Below, piece by piece: positions 48,982 through 58,675 of a DNA stretch of 64,000 nucleotides. The stretch comes from Hanamia sp. Lineage in GTDB: Bacteria > Bacteroidota > Bacteroidia > Chitinophagales > Chitinophagaceae. Position 1 is the stretch's first letter. Each line of letters opens with the position of its first letter. The notes beneath the pieces were generated by a model. That model did not search any database and had not been told where the DNA came from. It saw only the letters and a program-made list of their open reading frames with translations. Position numbers and translations under genes: made by a program. The stretch lies in NCBI GenBank assembly GCA_035532615.1, contig DATKQQ010000076.1, positions 483 through 64,482 on the forward strand. Reading direction: 5' to 3'.

Positions 48982-51900
48982 ATGGAAAATAAATTTAGTA
49001 AGGGTGCTGAATGGCGTAAATGGGACCTACATGTTCATACTCCAAAATCAATTTATCAAAAGTTTGGTATTGATGATGATGCAACGTGGGAAGAATATTT
49101 AACTGATTTAGAATCTCTGAGTGATGACTATGCAGTTTTGGGCATTAACGATTATTTATTCATTGATGGATATGAAAAGCTTATTCATGAACAAAAAGTA
49201 AATAACCGGTTACAAAAGTTGAAATTACTCCCTGTTTTAGAATTTCGAATTGAAAAATTTGCTGGTATTGATTTTCAAAATTTGAAGCGAATTAATCTTC
49301 ATGTAATTTTTTCTGACGAATTGAATATTGAGACAATTAAAAGTCAATTTTTAAATACTCTGGAACAACACTACTATTTGGAGAAAGATCATAGTAGGTG
49401 GGCCAGAGCGATAACTCGGGAAAGTGTTGAGGAGTTAGGTGCAAAACTTAAAGAAACTGTCCCACCTGAAGAATTGAAGAAATTTGAAGATAACATTACC
49501 GAGGGGTTCAATAATTTAAATGTAAAGGAGGATCAAATTTTTGAATCTCTAAAAAAAGATTGCTTCAAGGACAAATATTTAATTGCTATCGGAAAAACAG
49601 AGTGGGCCGATTTAAAATGGACTGAGGCATCAATTGCTACTAAAAAATCAATCATCAACCAAGCGGACATTGTATTTACGGCTTCTCAATCGTATGAAGC
49701 GTTTAATAATGCCAAGAACCAACTGACAAAGCAAGAAGTGAATAATTTACTACTTGATTGTAGTGATGCACATTATTTATCGTCTCATACTGATAAAGAT
49801 AGAATTGGAAATTGTTTTACTTGGCTTAAAGCGGATCCGACTTTTGAAGGGCTCAAACAAATTATCAACGAACCGGAAGGTCGAATATTCATTGGAGAAA
49901 CACCTCCTATAAGAACTAAGGTTCAAGATAATAGAACTAAATATATTAAAAGCATTTCCATTAAAGGAGTAAATGGCTATGATGGTAGATATGGTAAGTG
50001 GTTTAACGACATTGTAATACCATTAAATCATGAGTTAGTAGCTATCATTGGTAACAAAGGAAGTGGCAAAAGTGCAATTTCCGACATAATCGCCTTATGC
50101 GGATTTTATAAAAATCAAGAACATTTTTCTTTTTTGAATAAGAAAAAATTTAGAGATGGCAAACATGCAAAGAATTTCGAAGCAATATTAACATGGGAAA
50201 GCGAAAATACAAATCCGAAGAATTTGGCAGATGAAAAAACGGAAGGTGAAATTGAACTGGTAAAATATTTACCTCAAGGGTATTTTGAAAAGTTGACAAA
50301 CGAAATAAGCTCAACAGAAGAATTTCAGAAAGAAATAGAAAATGTTGTTTTTACACATTTAGATAATGATGATAAAGTTGGCTTTAATTCCTTTGAAGAT
50401 TTAATTGAATCAAAAAAGAAGCTAGCTGAAAAAGATATAACTCTTTTAAAAGAAGATAATAATGAATTAAATACAAATATTATTAAGTTAGAAAATAAAC
50501 TTAACGCTAAGTATAAAAAAGAAATACAAAATAAAATTCAATTGAAGAAGGACGCACTTGCCGCTTTAATTGAGCCAATACCTGTTATAGATCCAAACAC
50601 TGATTCAGTGATAGCAGAATTTAATCAAATATCACTCAATAAAATAAAAGGAATAAAAAGTGAGATTGAAGTTTTAGAAGCAGAGATCAATTCAATTCAA
50701 ACTAAAAAACAAATTATACTTATAGAATTAAGAGAGCTTAAAGAGTTAAAGCAAGATATTAATTTCAAAATAAATGATATTGAAGAATTCAAAAATCAAA
50801 ATAAAGAGATTTGTATAAAATATTCTTTGCCTCTTGATGAATTAATATCAGTCTCTGAAAATATATCCACATTAAAAACTGTTATTGAAACTAAAGAATC
50901 AACACTTACAGATTTTAAGATAGTGCTTGGTGAACAAGAAAGCGGAGTCTCAGAGTATAAATCGGCTAAGAGTGCATTAATTGATTTGCAAAAGGCACTT
51001 CAAGAAGAACAAAATAAATTAGATGGACCTCAAAAGGCATTTCAAATTTATCTCGCTGAAAAGAAAAACTGGGAGGAGAAAAAAAATAAAATTATCGGTA
51101 CAAGATATATCTCTGATAGTTTAACATTCTTTGAATTCGAATTAAAATATTTGGAAGAATCCCTTTCCACTGAAATTGATGTATTACGGGAAAAACGTTT
51201 AGGCATAGCTGAAAAAATCTTTAACAAAAAGCAGCAAATAATATCTGTTTACAAAGATGTAAAACAAAAATTAGATTTAATAATTGGTTCCAATGCCGAT
51301 TTATTAAATAAATATAAAATAGATATTAATGCTGCATTGTCATTATCAAGTTCCTTTTCTGAGATCTTTTTCAGAAATATTAATCAAGGAGTATTAGGAA
51401 CATTTTACTCAATCGAAGGCGGGGTCGCTGAACTAAATAAAATTAAACAAGATGCCAATTTTGATAATTTTGAGAATACTAAATTGTTTTTAAATAATTT
51501 AAATGAATCTATTCATATTGACCAACGAGATAAATATGGAAAAGAAAAAAGGTACATAGATGAACAAATTAAAAATCCATTAGAGCTTTACAATTACTTA
51601 TATTCCATTGAATTTTTAGATTATAATTATCAATTAATGCAAGGGTCAAAAACATTGCAACAATTATCACCTGGCGAAAAAGGGGCTTTGTTATTGGTTT
51701 TTTATTTACTTCTTGATAAAAATGATATTCCCTTAATAATAGACCAGCCCGAAGATAATTTAGATAACAACAGTGTAGCTCACATACTCGTTCCATTTAT
51801 TCGTAATGCCAAAAGTAAAAGACAAATAATTTTGGTGACGCATAATCCTAACCTTGCAATTGTTTCAGATGCGGAACAAGTAATTTATGTTAACCTTGAT

Positions 51901-52047
51901 AAAGAAAAGGACAATGAATTTACTTTCATTTCAGGAAGCATAGAGAATAGAACAGTCAATGATTGTATTGTCAAAGTTTTAGAAGGTGCTATGCCAGCTT
52001 TTAATAAAAGAAAGCAAAAGTATTACGAAGAATTTATTCAAAAATGA
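48982..52047 (+). CDS. PHP-domain phosphoesterase fused to a coiled-coil ABC/SMC-like ATPase
   Basis: WDLHVHTPKS (PHP), Walker A GNKGSGKSA, about 450 aa of K/E/N-rich coiled coil, signature LSPGEKGAL, Walker B LIIDQPEDNLD, and VTHNPN. Confidence 0.75.
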   Translation: MENKFSKGAEWRKWDLHVHTPKSIYQKFGIDDDATWEEYLTDLESLSDDYAVLGINDYLFIDGYEKLIHEQKVNNRLQKLKLLPVLEFRIEKFAGIDFQNLKRINLHVIFSDELNIETIKSQFLNTLEQHYYLEKDHSRWARAITRESVEELGAKLKETVPPEELKKFEDNITEGFNNLNVKEDQIFESLKKDCFKDKYLIAIGKTEWADLKWTEASIATKKSIINQADIVFTASQSYEAFNNAKNQLTKQEVNNLLLDCSDAHYLSSHTDKDRIGNCFTWLKADPTFEGLKQIINEPEGRIFIGETPPIRTKVQDNRTKYIKSISIKGVNGYDGRYGKWFNDIVIPLNHELVAIIGNKGSGKSAISDIIALCGFYKNQEHFSFLNKKKFRDGKHAKNFEAILTWESENTNPKNLADEKTEGEIELVKYLPQGYFEKLTNEISSTEEFQKEIENVVFTHLDNDDKVGFNSFEDLIESKKKLAEKDITLLKEDNNELNTNIIKLENKLNAKYKKEIQNKIQLKKDALAALIEPIPVIDPNTDSVIAEFNQISLNKIKGIKSEIEVLEAEINSIQTKKQIILIELRELKELKQDINFKINDIEEFKNQNKEICIKYSLPLDELISVSENISTLKTVIETKESTLTDFKIVLGEQESGVSEYKSAKSALIDLQKALQEEQNKLDGPQKAFQIYLAEKKNWEEKKNKIIGTRYISDSLTFFEFELKYLEESLSTEIDVLREKRLGIAEKIFNKKQQIISVYKDVKQKLDLIIGSNADLLNKYKIDINAALSLSSSFSEIFFRNINQGVLGTFYSIEGGVAELNKIKQDANFDNFENTKLFLNNLNESIHIDQRDKYGKEKRYIDEQIKNPLELYNYLYSIEFLDYNYQLMQGSKTLQQLSPGEKGALLLVFYLLLDKNDIPLIIDQPEDNLDNNSVAHILVPFIRNAKSKRQIILVTHNPNLAIVSDAEQVIYVNLDKEKDNEFTFISGSIENRTVNDCIVKVLEGAMPAFNKRKQKYYEEFIQK

Positions 52048-52154
52048 AATTCAACGAAGACACATTAGAGCAAGCCGTTATTGAATTATATGAAGCGAAA
52101 AAAATACAAAACCAATATGTGTCCGGTTTTTTAGTAAATAAATCAGCATTTTAA
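52044..52154 (+). pseudogene. Remnant of an hsdR 5' end (36 codons)
   Basis: MKFNEDTLEQAVIELYEAKK... compared with the resident HsdR MKFTEETLEQAVIELFETQQ. 38/45 nt are identical by hand alignment. It starts in an ATGA overlap with the preceding stop codon. Confidence 0.7.
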
Positions 52155-53507
52155 ATGAAGTCAGAAACCAATCGGATAGAATACAAACAAGAACTCACCG
52201 ATGATTTGGAGAAAGAAATAATTGCTTTCCTGAATTATCATGAAGGCGGTTTGATCTATATTGGTATTCATAAATCGGGCAAAGCGATAGGCATAAAGGA
52301 TGCCGATGCAATACAATTAAAAATCAAAGACCGGCTTAAGCACAATATTTTGCCTTCCTGTTTGGGTTTGTTTGATATAGTATTGGAAGAGCGGGAAGAA
52401 AAAGAAATTATTAAAATCATTATAGCCAGCGGCCCTGAGAAGCCGTATCATCTTAGAAAATACGGCATGTCTGAAAAAGGGGCGTATATCCGCGTGGGTA
52501 GTGCCAGCGAACCAATGCCTGCCAAAATGATTGAAACTCTTTTTGCCAAAAGAACCCGCAATTCTATTGGCAGGATACAATCCAACCAACAAAAATTAAA
52601 GTTTGAACAGTTAAAAATTTATTATAACGAGGCCGGCAAAAAATTAAACTCCCAGTTTGCCGCTAACCTGGAGCTCTTAACCCAGGATGGTAAATATAAT
52701 TATGTGGCATTCCTGATGTCCGATGTAAACAGCCTCTCCATTAAAGTGGCGAAATATAAAGGGCTTACCAGGGTTGATCTGGTAGAGAATAATGAATATG
52801 GGTATTGTTCCCTTATCAAAGCAGCCAAGCAGGTATTGGATAAAATGGAATTAGAGAATAAAACCCTTGCCAAAATAACTTCAAAGGAAAGGGAAGAAAA
52901 AAGGTTATGGAATGCAATTGCATTGCGTGAGGCCATCATAAATGCTATTGTACATAATGACTATACAAACGAGGTACCACCTAAGTTTGAATTGTTTGCG
53001 GATAGGATAGAAATTACTTCGGCAGGTAGTTTACCGGATGGATTAAGCCGGGACGAATTTTTTGAAGGGTATTCTGTTCCCCGCAACCAGGAGATCATGC
53101 GCATCTTTAAGGACCTGGATTTGGTGGAGCATTTGGGTTCCGGAGTACCGCGTATTTTAGAAAGCTACGGAAAAGATTGCTTTACCTTTTCCGACAATTT
53201 TTTAAGAATGACTTTCCCCGCTGCAGGACCAGTCACCGATCAAGTCACCATGCAAGATACCATGCAAGTCACCATGCAAGTCACCATGCAAGTCAAAAAC
53301 TTAATTGATGTTTTGGAAAATGAGATGGATAGGCAGGAATTGCAAAAGAGGTTAAACCTTTCTAATAGAGATAATTTTAGAAAAAATTATTTAAAACCGG
53401 CTTTAGAACAGGGATTAATAGAAATGACCCTTCCTGAGAAACCCAACAGTCGTTTGCAAAAATACCGCCTGACAAAAAAGGGAATGAGCGTAAAACAAAG
53501 TCAATGA
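52155..53507 (+). CDS. AlbA_2 (Schlafen-like) DNA-binding / HATPase_c_4 / wHTH protein
   Basis: N-terminal NRIEYKQEL...FLNYHEGGLIYIG, a central AIINAIVHNDY motif, and a C-terminal winged-helix-like tail. Confidence 0.7.
   Translation: MKSETNRIEYKQELTDDLEKEIIAFLNYHEGGLIYIGIHKSGKAIGIKDADAIQLKIKDRLKHNILPSCLGLFDIVLEEREEKEIIKIIIASGPEKPYHLRKYGMSEKGAYIRVGSASEPMPAKMIETLFAKRTRNSIGRIQSNQQKLKFEQLKIYYNEAGKKLNSQFAANLELLTQDGKYNYVAFLMSDVNSLSIKVAKYKGLTRVDLVENNEYGYCSLIKAAKQVLDKMELENKTLAKITSKEREEKRLWNAIALREAIINAIVHNDYTNEVPPKFELFADRIEITSAGSLPDGLSRDEFFEGYSVPRNQEIMRIFKDLDLVEHLGSGVPRILESYGKDCFTFSDNFLRMTFPAAGPVTDQVTMQDTMQVTMQVTMQVKNLIDVLENEMDRQELQKRLNLSNRDNFRKNYLKPALEQGLIEMTLPEKPNSRLQKYRLTKKGMSVKQSQ
53229..53296 (+). 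repeat. In-frame 12-bp tandem repeat (CAAGTCACCATG)n inside the AlbA_2 gene
   Basis: Units at 53241, 53253 (two substitutions), 53265 and 53277, plus degenerate flanking units. Encodes VTDQVTMQDTMQVTMQVTMQV. Confidence 0.9.
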
Positions 53508-53551
53508 AATTCAATGAAGACACATTAGAGCAGGCAGTGATCGAATTTTAA
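53504..53551 (+). pseudogene. Second remnant of an hsdR 5' end (15 codons)
   Basis: MKFNEDTLEQAVIEF*. 37/45 nt are identical to the resident hsdR start. It again begins in an ATGA overlap with the preceding stop. Confidence 0.7.
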
Positions 53552-53562
53552 ACAATTAAAAA

Positions 53563-53829
53563 ATGGAACAATCAAACAGCGAAATAATCATTTACCAAAA
53601 CCCTGACGACAACATCAAAATAGATGTAAGGTTAGAGGAGGAAACTGTGTGGCTTACCCAGGTCCGGATGGCTGAATTATTTGGGAAAGCGAGAACCACG
53701 ATTACCGAACATATTCAAAATGCTTTTGAGGAAGGAGAACTGGACGAAAATGTGGTGTGTCGAAATTTCCGACATACCACTCAACATGGTGCTATTGCAG
53801 GGAAAACACAGGAAAAATCTGCAATGTAA
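53563..53829 (+). pseudogene. RhuM-family N-terminal fragment
   Basis: IIIYQNPDDNIKIDVRLEEETVWLTQVRMAELFGKARTTITEHIQNAFEEGEL is the RhuM N-terminus. The ORF stops after 88 codons, well short of what I recall as a several-fold longer full-length family. Confidence 0.55.
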
Positions 53830-53939
53830 TTTGAAAAATATAAAATTGCCCAAATACAAATTGAAAAGGAAGAAAGTTTAAAAGAAATTGAGGTAGATAT
53901 AAAAAAATTGAAAAAAATTACCAAACGCAAATAAGTGAA

Positions 53940-56900
53940 ATGAAATTCACCGAAGAAACATTAGAACAGGCGGTGATTGAGTTATTTGAAACTCAACAAA
54001 TACCTCATGTGCATGGCGAAACCATACACAAGGAAATGTCTGATGTGCTGATTCGGGAAGATTTGAAAAACTTTTTGTTGAATCAATATAGTGATGATGA
54101 TATTACGCTGAATGAAATTGATGGTATTATCCGACAGTTAGATTTGTACCCAAGCTCGGCTTTATATGAAAGTAACAAAGCCATCATGAAATTGATCGCA
54201 GATGGGTTTACGTTAAAGCGGGAAGACAGAAATAAGAAAGATCTTTTTATTCATTTAATAGATTTTAGAACTTTAGGAAATATTCAAAAAGAAGAAGCGA
54301 ATAATGAAATAGGCCTTGCAGCAGAGCCGGAAGCAGTTTACCAAACCAAAGACAATAACATTTATAAAATCGTCAATCAACTGGAAATAGCTGGTTACGA
54401 GAAACGAATACCCGATGGTATTGTTTACATCAACGGTTTGCCATTGGTAGTGATTGAATTTAAAACTGCAGTTAAGGAAAACTGTACCATTAAAGATGCT
54501 TTCACCCAGTTAACCGTTCGTTACAAAAGAGATATTCCGGAACTTTTTAAATACAATGCATTTTGTGTTATCAGTGATGGCGTGAATAACAGAATGGGCT
54601 CCCTGTTTGCTCCTTACGATTTCTTTTACGCCTGGAGAAAAATAAACGATAGCGATGAACCATCGGATGGAATCAGTTCATTGCATACTATGATTGAGGG
54701 TCTATTTTATAAAGAGCGTTTGCTAAATGTTATCCGCAATTTTATTTATTTTCCTGATACATCAAAAGATGATATAAAAATTGTTTGCCGTTATCCGCAA
54801 TATTATGCAGCTAATAAATTATTTGAAAGTATCAGGGTAAATCAGCGGCCACACGGAAGCGGAAAAGGCGGCACTTATTTCGGTGCAACAGGTTCCGGCA
54901 AAAGTTTCACCATGTTATACCTGACACGTCTCCTGATGAAAAGCCCACACTTTGCAAGTCCAACTATTATATTGATAACAGACAGGACAGATTTAGACGA
55001 TCAGCTTTCCGCACAATTTACCAATGCAAAAACCTTTGTTGGTGATGAAAATGTAATAAGTGTGGAAACCCGTGAAGAACTGAAATCGCTTTTGCAAAAC
55101 AGGAACAGCGGCGGTGTGTTTCTCACCACCATTCATAAGTTTACAGAAAGCACTGAACTACTAACCCAAAGAACGAATGTAATTTGTATTTCAGATGAGG
55201 CCCACCGATCACAAATTAACCTTGACCAAAAAATAAAAATCACAGCTAAAGGAGTTGAACGAAAATATGGATTTGCCAAATACCTACATGATTCATTACC
55301 TAATGCTACTTACGTTGGTTTTACAGGAACACCTATTGATGGTACGTTAGATGTATTTGGTAAAGTAGAAGATGCATACACCATGAAAGAATCTGTAGAG
55401 GATGGAATCACTGTAAGAATTGTATATGAAGGGCGTGCAGCAAAAGTGTCACTGAATGAAGAAAAGCTGAAACAGATAGAAGAGTATTATAAACAATGTG
55501 CTGTTGAAGGAACCAATGAATATCAAATTGAGGAAAGTAAAAAAGCGGTCACGCAAATGGAAGTCATTTTAGGTGACCCCAAACGCCTCAAATTAGTAGC
55601 AGTAGATTTTATTGAACATTACGAAAAAAGAATTGAAGAAGGCGCCAGTGTTAAGGGTAAAGTTATGTTTGTATCCATCAGCAGGCCTATTGCTTATGAT
55701 TTGTATAAAGAAATTATTGCCTTGCGGCCGGAGTGGGCAGAAATAAGAGATTGCGAGGAAGGTGCAGAACTCACTGAAGAAGAGAAGAAAAAACTAAAGC
55801 CGATTGAAAAAATAAAGATGGTAATGACCAGGCATAAGGATGATCCTAAAATCATGTATGACATGCTTGGCACGAAGGAAGATAGAAAGGAACTGGACCG
55901 TCAATTTAAAAATGCAAAATCAAATTTCAAGATAGCAATGGTCGTGGATATGTGGCTTACCGGTTTTGATGTGCCGTTTCTGGAAACGATTTATATTGAT
56001 AAACCAATAGAGCAACATTCTTTGATACAAACCATTTCAAGAGTTAACCGGGTTTATGAAGGCAAGGAAGTAGGTTTAGTTGTTGATTATGTGGGCATCA
56101 AAAACAATATGAACCTTGCTTTGGCAAAATATAGTAAGGTAAGTGAAGACGATTTTGAAGACATTGACAAAGCAGTTGTGTTAGTAAAAGATCAACTGGA
56201 TTTATTGGCAAAGCTTTTTCATAACTTCAATACAACTGATTATTTCAATGGAACTCCGTTACAAAAATTAGATTGCCTGAATCGTGCTGCTGAATATGCT
56301 CAGGTTACTGATGAGTTAGAGAAGCGGTTTGTAGAAATGGTAAAAAAACTCCGTTCCGCTTATGACTTGTGTTGCTCAAGTGAAGATATTAGCGAAGAAG
56401 AAAGAGACCATATTCATTTTTACTTTGCCATTAAAGCCATCATCCATAAACTAACAAAAGGTGATGCACCGGATACAGCCCAGATGAATAATCGTGTTAG
56501 AAAAATGATAGAAGAAGCCTTAATAAGTGATGGCGTAGAGGAAATATTTAAGCTTGATAAAAACGATCCTAAAAACAATGCAGATATATTCAGTGATGAA
56601 TATATGGCGAAGATTGATAAAATAAAACTGCCGAATACCAAAATAAAGTTGTTGCAAAAATTGCTTTCCAAAGCAATTGATGATTTTAAAAAGATCAACA
56701 GAATTAAAGGAATAGATTTTTCTAAGAAGCTTAAAAAGCTGGTAGAAGTTTATAATGAACGGAAAGATTTTGATGTATTTCAAAGTCATGTTTTAGACGA
56801 TGTTGCAGAACAATTTGCCAACCTGTTTAAAGACCTGCAAAAGGAACGAAACTCTTTCATGGATTTAGGAATTGATTTTGAAGAAAAAGCATTTTATGAT

Positions 56901-57161
56901 ATCCTGAAAGCTATTGCGCAGAAATACAATTTTGAATATCCTGAAGATAAATTAATTAAACTATCGCAAGAAGTTAAGAAGATAGTTGACGAGAAAGCAA
57001 GATATACGGATTGGGCAAACAGGGATGATATTAAAGCAGAATTAAAAGTTGACCTGATCTTAGTTCTTGCAGAAAATGAATATCCACCTGTACCGAAAGA
57101 TGAAGTGTTTAAAGAGATATTTGAGCAGGCGGAGAATTTTAAGAAGTATAGTGGGGTATAA
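53940..57161 (+). CDS. hsdR: Type I restriction-modification system endonuclease/helicase subunit
   Basis: 1073 aa. Walker A GATGSGKSF, DEAH box ISDEAHRSQ and helicase motif QTISRVNR. Confidence 0.9.
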   Translation: MKFTEETLEQAVIELFETQQIPHVHGETIHKEMSDVLIREDLKNFLLNQYSDDDITLNEIDGIIRQLDLYPSSALYESNKAIMKLIADGFTLKREDRNKKDLFIHLIDFRTLGNIQKEEANNEIGLAAEPEAVYQTKDNNIYKIVNQLEIAGYEKRIPDGIVYINGLPLVVIEFKTAVKENCTIKDAFTQLTVRYKRDIPELFKYNAFCVISDGVNNRMGSLFAPYDFFYAWRKINDSDEPSDGISSLHTMIEGLFYKERLLNVIRNFIYFPDTSKDDIKIVCRYPQYYAANKLFESIRVNQRPHGSGKGGTYFGATGSGKSFTMLYLTRLLMKSPHFASPTIILITDRTDLDDQLSAQFTNAKTFVGDENVISVETREELKSLLQNRNSGGVFLTTIHKFTESTELLTQRTNVICISDEAHRSQINLDQKIKITAKGVERKYGFAKYLHDSLPNATYVGFTGTPIDGTLDVFGKVEDAYTMKESVEDGITVRIVYEGRAAKVSLNEEKLKQIEEYYKQCAVEGTNEYQIEESKKAVTQMEVILGDPKRLKLVAVDFIEHYEKRIEEGASVKGKVMFVSISRPIAYDLYKEIIALRPEWAEIRDCEEGAELTEEEKKKLKPIEKIKMVMTRHKDDPKIMYDMLGTKEDRKELDRQFKNAKSNFKIAMVVDMWLTGFDVPFLETIYIDKPIEQHSLIQTISRVNRVYEGKEVGLVVDYVGIKNNMNLALAKYSKVSEDDFEDIDKAVVLVKDQLDLLAKLFHNFNTTDYFNGTPLQKLDCLNRAAEYAQVTDELEKRFVEMVKKLRSAYDLCCSSEDISEEERDHIHFYFAIKAIIHKLTKGDAPDTAQMNNRVRKMIEEALISDGVEEIFKLDKNDPKNNADIFSDEYMAKIDKIKLPNTKIKLLQKLLSKAIDDFKKINRIKGIDFSKKLKKLVEVYNERKDFDVFQSHVLDDVAEQFANLFKDLQKERNSFMDLGIDFEEKAFYDILKAIAQKYNFEYPEDKLIKLSQEVKKIVDEKARYTDWANRDDIKAELKVDLILVLAENEYPPVPKDEVFKEIFEQAENFKKYSGV

Positions 57162-57224
57162 TAGAGAAACACTACTATTCAAAATTTCTTTTCCTAAAGA
57201 GCTTTTAAGATAAACAAATTTTCT

Positions 57225-57770
57225 TCACTTAGCAGACCGTAATTTAAAATATTCTTCATAGGTGAAGACTACATCCAAATCTTTCGGGTCGGCTCCTTTT
57301 TTTATGGACACCGCTGCTTTAATCTTCGCATAGTCATTCATTTGATCATATGTCAGATCAAATATTTCCTGAATAGCTGATTTTAATTCTGCTTCCTCTT
57401 CTGTTATAAAATCATCAGCGTATATTTTGGATAACTGGTCCATTATGGTTTTCTCAACATCCCATTTGTTATGGTAATAAAAATCGCCGGGTTGAATGTT
57501 AAACAGTATTTTTAGAAATTTAATATTGGCCATTTAATCATCGGTCAGCTTTTCATCTTCAAGGGCTATTTTTATATAGGCAAAAATCAGGTGCAAAAAA
57601 TCAACCGTAGCTACGGACCTGTTAACGCCATAGTTTAAAAGAATTTTATCAACCCCTGGTTTGTCTGCTTTTTCAGCCACGATTCCATCGCATATTTGCT
57701 GCAAGTAGGGAAGAAGTGGCAGATCAGTATTAATGCGTCTAAAGGCCAGAGAGAGGTTTTGGTAATTCAT
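57225..57770 (-). pseudogene. Unknown ~181-codon gene split by an in-frame TAA (track ORFs 57534..57770 and 57225..57533)
   Basis: The two ORFs are in the same frame and abut (...ACC GAT GAT TAA ATG GCC...). The decayed paralog at 63.7 kb reads ...ACT GAA GAT GAA ATG GCC... with no stop. Confidence 0.5.
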
Positions 57771-57842
57771 TATTAAATGGTTTAAGATGAAGGCCTTGTT
57801 TTCGTTTATTCATTACTGTTACTTAAGAAAGCAAAACAAAAA

Positions 57843-58466
57843 TTAAGCGTTTAAAATTTTTATTTTTAAATTATTAAATTCATCTTCTGTTGGGATTCTC
57901 TTTTGTTTGAGTTTATAGGTTTTTTCTAACTCATCAGCAAGAGAAGCCTTGTTGTTTGCCGGTTGCCTGCCATTTACCAGGGCAGCCAAAGCTGTAACTT
58001 CTTCACGCCCTGCTGATTTTCTATATTCTTCCTGCATAGTAGTAATTGTATCCTTAAGTGTATCAGGGTTTTCCACCCCAAAATAAGTGGTGGCCCCACG
58101 GTCTGCAGCGGTTTGTATCATTACATTTCCATATCCCATCTGCCGCCCCCATAGCGTTTGGCTAAAGGAAACGTTATTAATATTATCAAGCGGGCTTTCT
58201 ATTGTATAATGATTAAACAGACCATATTCATCAATTACCCGGAGATTAGTTGCCATCCAGATATCACAGCGCCTGTAATTGATTCTGTAAATAGCATTTA
58301 ATACACCAGCAACTGCGATGAGATAATAAACAGACCGTTGACTGCCCAAACCAATACCTATAAGTACGAGGAAGAAGGAAAGAATCATTGGGAAAAACAA
58401 GGAAGGATACCAATGCCGCCGGGTTAAAAGAATCATCTTTTCGCCGGGTTTAAGTTTTGTTCTCAT
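57843..58466 (-). CDS. Bacterial PH-domain (bPH_2/YdbT-like) membrane protein with C-terminal SHOCT domain
   Basis: LKPGEKMILLTRRHW start, two TM helices, a PH-like core, and C-terminal LADELEKTYKLKQKRIPTEDEFNNLKIKIL (SHOCT pattern). Confidence 0.65.
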   Translation of the reverse strand: MRTKLKPGEKMILLTRRHWYPSLFFPMILSFFLVLIGIGLGSQRSVYYLIAVAGVLNAIYRINYRRCDIWMATNLRVIDEYGLFNHYTIESPLDNINNVSFSQTLWGRQMGYGNVMIQTAADRGATTYFGVENPDTLKDTITTMQEEYRKSAGREEVTALAALVNGRQPANNKASLADELEKTYKLKQKRIPTEDEFNNLKIKILNA

Positions 58467-58594
58467 TTTTTAGAAATTAAACCTTTTAGAATTGGTTAGT
58501 ACCTATAAATTTAAGATAATTTTTTATTGAGTTTTACAAATGATTCATATGGGAGGAAAATGGTTACCGGAGGTGATGGAAATTATGGTTACCT

Positions 58595-58624
58595 GATCAT
58601 TTTCCAGCCGTCAGGAAAATGATC
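58595..58624. promoter_or_regulatory. Perfect 11-bp inverted repeat GATCATTTTCC-n8-GGAAAATGATC
   Basis: Lies about 130 bp upstream of the bPH-SHOCT gene start. Candidate operator or hairpin. Confidence 0.3.
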
Positions 58625-58675
58625 GAATTAGCTCCCTTGGAGTTACTGTATGTGATAAGGATAGACTTTTTTATT

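Noticed and set aside
29600-52047. Compositional mosaic: the SusC/SusD block seeming GC-richer, the PHP-ATPase gene seeming very AT-rich
   Set aside because: Hand counts of single 60-nt lines ranged from about 22% to 47% GC. Housekeeping lines also ranged from 27% to 42%. The claim needs a sliding-window GC and codon-usage computation that I cannot run.
53681-53881. 66-aa ORF in an alternative frame over the RhuM fragment
   Set aside because: It is out of frame with the recognisable RhuM N-terminus and has a basic low-complexity sequence. It is probably a by-product of the deletion that truncated RhuM.
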